Part shown: piece after piece, positions 57,808 through 64,000 of the stretch
Position numbering within the stretch: the first letter of the stretch is position 1
How the letters are laid out: each line of letters starts with the position of its first letter
NCBI GenBank assembly: GCA_964016885.1
Contig: OZ024752.1
Span: 45,942,001 to 46,006,000 of the forward strand
From: Eledone cirrhosa
Lineage: Eukaryota
Direction: 5' to 3'
Length of the DNA: 64,000 nucleotides
The notes under the pieces: model-generated
What the model saw: only the letters and a program-made list of their open reading frames with translations
The model's database searches: none
Told to the model about the DNA's origin: nothing
Program-made: the position numbers and the translations under genes

Positions 57808-60026
57808 GAGAAACTCTGAGTAGCGACAGAATGAGTCACCAGTTTCGAATGCCTAAACTAATAAACTACATGTTCTGAAGTATCTTTCCAGCCATTTGTA
57901 TACCTAAACATACACACACACACACACACACACACTGAGATTTTGTATATAACTCTAAGCCTCGGTTGTCTGGTAGCAAAAGTAAAGGCGATGTTGTGTC
58001 ATGTATGCCTTTGCTAGTTAAAAACAAAACAAAAATACATAGTAATGGTTACGACCATCGTTTGAAAAGCTAATCGTAAACTCTAGTTGGTGGTTAGCAA
58101 ACGTGACATTTAGCTCAACAGTCCTTATCAAGCAGGTATAAGATTAAAGGTTTCTTGCACACATGACTACTATGTCCTTCGATCATCTTATAGTTCACAA
58201 TGTAGATGCGTGGTTTATTGTTTAGGTTGCTCATCTCACGAACGTATGGTTGTAGTTCCATTCCAGGTGGTGTGTTGCCTCCTTCAGTGAGACATTTTAT
58301 TTCACGTCGCTACAAGTCAACAGGTATTAAAAAAAATATATTGAGTTGTATTCGTAATTTATAGAGTAAAGTGTCCCTATGGACGTGTCTGAAATGCCCA
58401 CTGGTACGCTGTTGTTTGTTGATCGAACGACTGCGACATTTGTCCTAACTTGACGGAGGTCCTACACATACTGCACAATATTCATGTGTTTTATGAGAGC
58501 TTTGGTCGTTATTACTTGCATGTCAGGCGACCGTATAGAGATTCCCATCACAACATAAACATTGCAGCCCTGCCCCTCTCGCCAGAATATCGCAATGGCA
58601 TGAAACTCCAGTCGAGATCTAAAGAAATACAGTTTAAATAAATACGCACAACTTTTCTGGAAGAAATCTGCTGTTTTCAAACCTGGAGAGGAGATGAGCT
58701 CCGCTAGGTTTTTAAGAAGACCCCCCCCCCGCCCTTCCTAGAAACGCCGTACGACTACCCCAGGAGGTACTGGACCGTACATTTCTTTCATACCCTGTCT
58801 CAAAGGATTTAATCGAATCTGTCCATTGATTTCTATCTGGACACATCATTTTTAGACCGGTGTAAACATCAACACAGACTGTCACACTCACACGTATGTA
58901 TACATGTGTTGCTGAGGGCTTTCGCACAGTTGCCATCTACCAAATTTCACCGTCAGGAACTGGAGGGTTTGTTTTAGGGAAACTTTAGGACTTGAAAAAC
59001 CTTTGAGGCTGGTAACATGCAGGATTGGATTTAGACCTTTAGGGCTCGGGTCACTTCAGGTTGGGGCGGGGGGGGGGGGGGGGCACACAGACACAAAAAG
59101 AAATAGAATATACAGCCCCCCCCCCCCATATCAAAGTTAGTTTGGTGCAAGTAATTGGAATTGAAAAGTTATACATTCAGGTATTAAATTTTAACCACCC
59201 TAAAACTAAAAAGCCTAGATCAGGGCGCAAATAAATTGCTACGGCCGTCGCTGGTAGGGCACCAGATTGCAGGGGACCCGGGGCAATGCCCTCCTCCTAT
59301 TAAATCCGGCCTTGGTACTGTGTGTCTTTAAGTCTTTTAACCATCATTTATCATGTAAGCACCACATGTGGTATTTGACACAAAATGAAAACTTATTACA
59401 CAAAAAAAATTAGATTTAGAACTACACACAGGAGTCAGCTGAATGCTAAAATAATAAGTGCTGGGTCTTGAACTCCGAACCACGTGGTTGTTAAGCTAAC
59501 TTCTTAACGTGATAAAACATTTTTTCCCGGTGCCGATGATTCATTCTCCTTACTTCCTGCTGAATATATTAATATATATCCTGTTAGATATGTATAAGTT
59601 TACATCTATGTGTGAGTGTGTCTATATATATATATATATATGTGTGAATGAAGTAATTCCATCGGAAAAGTCCAGGAAAAAAGAGTGCTCTATGTATGCA
59701 ACAGAGCTTAATTATTATTATTATGTAATAAACAACATAAGGCAATTATTCCATTTACCAGTGGTTTCTTAAAAGCAAAAGGTAGATATATAGATATATA
59801 TATATATATATATAGATATATTGTTTCTACTTTAGGCACAAGGCCAGCAATTACCCAGTGCATTACTGGTACTTTATTTTATCGACCCTGTAAGGATGAA
59901 AGGCAAAGTCAACCTCGATATATATATCTATATTATAATATAAAAGAGAGATGTTGGTTGGCTGGTGGGCTGGTTAGTATCTTCGCGGCGCATCACACAA
60001 AAACGAAAACTGACAATCGAAATATA

Positions 60027-60191
60027 CCTTATTTCCCGGCGTGGAAGACGCTACTTTTCTCCCCCTAAAATAAGTCTCAAAAATCTACCATGCAACCTGG
60101 AGGCCGAAGATTGTTTATTATTTTTCAAATTTTGGGTTGTCAAAATTAGGGTGGGTCCTCGATGAAGCGTCTTCGGCGCCGGGAAATACGG
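60027..60191. mobile_element. Tc1/pogo-type MITE
   Basis: TIR ccttatttcccggcgtggaagacgct / agcgtcttcggcgccgggaaatacgg; TA flanks. Confidence 0.75.
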
Positions 60192-60215
60192 TAATTACAC
60201 CAATGGACTAAGGGG

Positions 60216-60249
<34 letters not shown>

Positions 60250-61519
60250 CATACAAAGGTTTATTGATATTTATTTTATAACATCAAAGAAGAAGAAACA
60301 CATGCCGGGTATGTTAACCAACCCGACTGCTATTTCTACGGCGTTACTTAGGGGCAGTTTTATAATTGATGGATGCCGGAGCCCGTCTCATCTCCAGGTC
60401 TGAGTACAGCAAATTTATTGTAGAGAAATATAGATAGCTTGGAAGTGAGACAGAGATATAGAGGAAGAATTGTCCCCAATATATGACTAGTACATTTTTT
60501 ATCAACCTTGAATGGATGAAAGACAATGTTGACTTAACGATAGATAATCTACTTTCTAGTTTTAGACACAAGTCAAGCAATTTCAAAGTATTTAACTACT
60601 GGTACTTTATTTTATCGACCCCTGAAGGAGCAGTGGCGAAGTTGACCTCGGCGGGATTTGAACTCAGAACCTAACGATTGATAAAAATCGATAAAATTCG
60701 TATATGCAGGATACATTCATACATATAGTTTCTTTTTAAGTTAGAGATCTTCTCTCAGATATTGTAATATTATATGGCATATAGAGAGAAACTAACGACG
60801 ACTGACTCATCAGCTTCCAACTTATGCACATACACACATGCACGCAATCACACACACACATGCACGCAATCACACACACATGCACGCAATCACACACACA
60901 CATGCACGCAAGCACACACACACACATAGAAGCACATGCACACTCACTCACACACTCTCTCTCTCTCTTACTCTCTCTCTCTCTCGAGAGAGGAATAAAT
61001 ATCCGGACGGTTGTTCATATATTGTCAAAGTTCTTTCGTCACACATTCTGTGACCTCGACGAAAGAACTTTGACAATATATGAACAACCGTCCGGTTGTG
61101 GAACCAACCAACCAACCGGACATTTATAAAAAAAAATTTAAATTTATAATTTAATTTATAATAAATTAGAGTGAAATATCTGGTGCGTGTGTTTCTTATT
61201 GGCAACATGACCCTCCCAAAGTATAACAATATATATATATAGTGTAAATAATATGCAAGCTGGTGTACGTGTGATGATTACAAAGTGTCTCTATTGTTTC
61301 GTGTGTAAACATGTATTTAAAATGTGACAACATTCTTTCCAAGAAAAACTATATAGCTACATCACTCACACATCCTTTCCATGTACACACACACACACAT
61401 ACATATATATACACATATATACACACACATCCTTTCCATGTTTGACACCACACACACATACACATATATACACATATACACACACACACCTTACCATGTT
61501 TGACACCACACACACATAC

Positions 61520-61550
<31 letters not shown>

Positions 61551-61768
61551 CATATATATACACATATACACACACACACCTTACCATGTAATATGTTGCA
61601 ACGTCTGGCACTATATCATATATACATGCATTTAGTTGAATGAAATATACGTTAATATGGTGTAAGGTGGTGTACTACCATACTTCAACTTCATCGCTAC
61701 ACCACACTGTATGAATTAATATATACCCCACATAAATATAGGCATATGTATACATTTTTGGGGGACAC

Positions 61769-61803
<35 letters not shown>

Positions 61804-61863
61804 ATATATATATATATATATACGCTATTAAACAAATGGAAACTATATTTATAAAACCATATC

Positions 61864-61929
61864 TATTTCATTATACATATTTCAGGGATACCATATTAAA
61901 AATATGGCATGCCTTCATCAGATAAAATA
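61864..61929 (-). ncRNA. Type I hammerhead ribozyme (family G)
   Basis: tattttat-CTGATGA-agg c atgccatatt ttt aatatggtat c cct-GAA-AT atgt AT-A-atgaaata; 8-bp stem I, long stem II. Confidence 0.8.
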
Positions 61930-62042
61930 CAATATATAAGCAGTTTTATAAATAAATTTGACGTATATATATATATATAGCTGTCGAAACGGCCGGAGCT
62001 CAGCTGTCGCGGCCTTGACTCTACTATATATATATACGCATA

Positions 62043-62121
62043 CAGGGTGTCCCCAAAAAATGTATACACACTTTGATTAAAACACTGTTGAAGTGTGTAT
62101 ACATTTTTTGGGGACACCCTG
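62043..62121. mobile_element. 79-bp mariner-type mini-MITE (other copies ~21127-21200, 42297-42392, 57358-57443, 62232-62308, 62362-62440)
   Basis: Perfect 31-bp TIR cagggtgtccccaaaaaatgtatacacactt with a 17-bp spacer. Confidence 0.88.
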
Positions 62122-62158
62122 CCTGTCTATGTGTGTGGTGTGTATATACCAAAAATGT

Positions 62159-62230
<72 letters not shown>

Positions 62231-62482
62231 TAGGTGTCCAAAAAAATGTATACATACTTCAACAGCATTCTAATGAGTGTGTATACATTGGGGGGGGGGT
62301 GCATCCTGTCTGTCTGTGTGTGTGTGTGTTTTATAATATATATATATGTATATATGACACACAAGGTGTTCCAAAAAATGTATACACACTTCAACAGCAT
62401 TCTAATCAAAGTGTGTATACATTTTTGGGGGAGACATCGTGTGTATATATATATATACAAACATATATATATACACACACAC

Positions 62483-62520
<38 letters not shown>

Positions 62521-62623
62521 TATATACACACACACACACACATATATATACACAGATACACACATATATATATATACACACACATATATATATATACACA
62601 CACATATATATACACACACACAC

Positions 62624-62690
<67 letters not shown>

Positions 62691-63235
62691 TACACATATA
62701 TATATATAATATATACACATATACATTTATATATGACACATTCAGTAAGAAGAATGCTAGCCTGACACACAGACAGAAAGATGAGCCGTCTAATAAGATA
62801 TTAGAGAAATGTCGAGATAGGGGATAGAGATATGTTAAGACAAGGATATCTTAGGTTAAAACAACAGATACTTTTGTAACACCTCCCAAGGTGACAGTAA
62901 ATATATTTTTGGTTAAGAGACGAAAGAGACAGCACAAGACAGTCCAATTGTCTCCTAAACAGTACATCTCCTCCTCTTCCTTACACCCCTGCTTAGTTGA
63001 TTCATACCTATCCCTGCTACCACCTCTTTCAATCATATAATACATTTTATATACTAACTAGCACAGCCTAACCTATGTAGAAACGAAAGTTAAAACAGCT
63101 GGCGAAGTTATACGAGGACAATAAACGTATATAAATATATAGTTATATATATAACAAATTAAAACCTTAAAAGAAAAACTGTTAAAGAAAATGTTTAGAC
63201 CAAGAAATAAGTTATATATATTTAATATAGAAATG

Positions 63236-63286
63236 ACTTCTACAGGACTAGAACTGTTTCATTCGGGAGAAAAATCATCAGGAAGC
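63236..63286 (-). ncRNA. Type I hammerhead ribozyme (family B)
   Basis: gcttc-CTGATGA-tttttctcccgaat-GAAACAG ttctagtc CTGTA-gaagt. Confidence 0.75.
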
Positions 63287-63433
63287 AGCTGTCCAAGTAA
63301 TATGGTGGTATTTATATCTTTTCTGGTGGTAGGAGAGTGTGGTGCTTGGGTGGAGGTCATTGGTTGATGGATTTAAAGAAAAAGGAATTCTTTAAAAACT
63401 ATATTTAGAGTAACAAAGGCAGAAAGAATTCAG

Positions 63434-63474
<41 letters not shown>

Positions 63475-63603
63475 TGCGATGAAATATCAATGATCGTTGG
63501 CAAATCACTGATGAGGGACTCATTTTATAACATGTAATCCATGTGCAACCATGCAATATTCTTCTCCCCATATTTTTCATATATATATATATATATATAT
63601 ATA

Positions 63604-63892
63604 TCATCATCGTCATCATCATTTTACGTCCGCTTTTCCCTGCTTGCAAGGGTGGGACGGGTCTTATTCAGCATCTCTCCACTCGTCACGGTCCTTCGTC
63701 ATCTCCACCGTGAGCTTCAATGATCTGAGGTCTGTTCTCACCACCTCCGCCCATGTTTTTCGTGGTCTACCTCTACCACGTCTTCCTTCAACTGGCATTT
63801 CCTGGCACTTCTTCACCCATCGGTCATCCTCCATGCGCATCACATGTCCATACCACCTAAGTCTCCTCTCCCGTACACTACATTCTATCCCT

Positions 63893-63895
<3 letters not shown>
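63604..63895 (-). mobile_element. RTE (BovB-like) LINE 3' end
   Basis: VRERRLRWYGHVMRMEDDRWVKKC....VEGRRGRGRPRKTW..VVRTDL...DRDEWR, (TGA)n tail. Confidence 0.9.
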
Positions 63896-63940
<45 letters not shown>

Positions 63941-64000
63941 TTTGAATGGCTAAATGTGTGTCACCAATCAATAGTGTGTCACCAATCAATAAACGTAATG

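Overview
AT-rich, repeat-saturated animal genomic DNA. It is most likely from an octopod cephalopod, inferred from the abundant tRNA-derived SINE (core ...gagttcaaatcccgccgaggttaactttgcctttcatccttacggggtcgataaaataaagtaccag...) and the very high TA/CA/trinucleotide microsatellite load. Almost all ORFs in the track are artefacts of simple repeats. The only credible host coding sequence is the first coding exon of a Caskin-like ankyrin scaffold gene (50386-50482, +, phase-1 GT donor), preceded by about 3 kb with no recognisable SINE, MITE or LINE that may be promoter/5' leader. The rest comprises SINEs, 3' fragments of RTE, R4/Dong-type (RLE) and Tx1/L1-like LINEs, Tc1/mariner- and hAT-type MITEs, and several minisatellites. 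The most notable signal is a set of short non-coding elements in (TA)n tracts that carry type I hammerhead ribozyme motifs. Structurally complete motifs lie at 2995-3056(+), 4356-4406(+), 51007-51058(-), 61864-61929(-) and 63236-63286(-), with covarying stems. There are also many half-ribozymes truncated or folded back at a putative stem II, forming ~55-bp-arm palindromes, some with loops matching nearby DNA. This resembles several families of Penelope-like pLTR or retrozyme-type elements. All structures were read by eye and no database search was possible.
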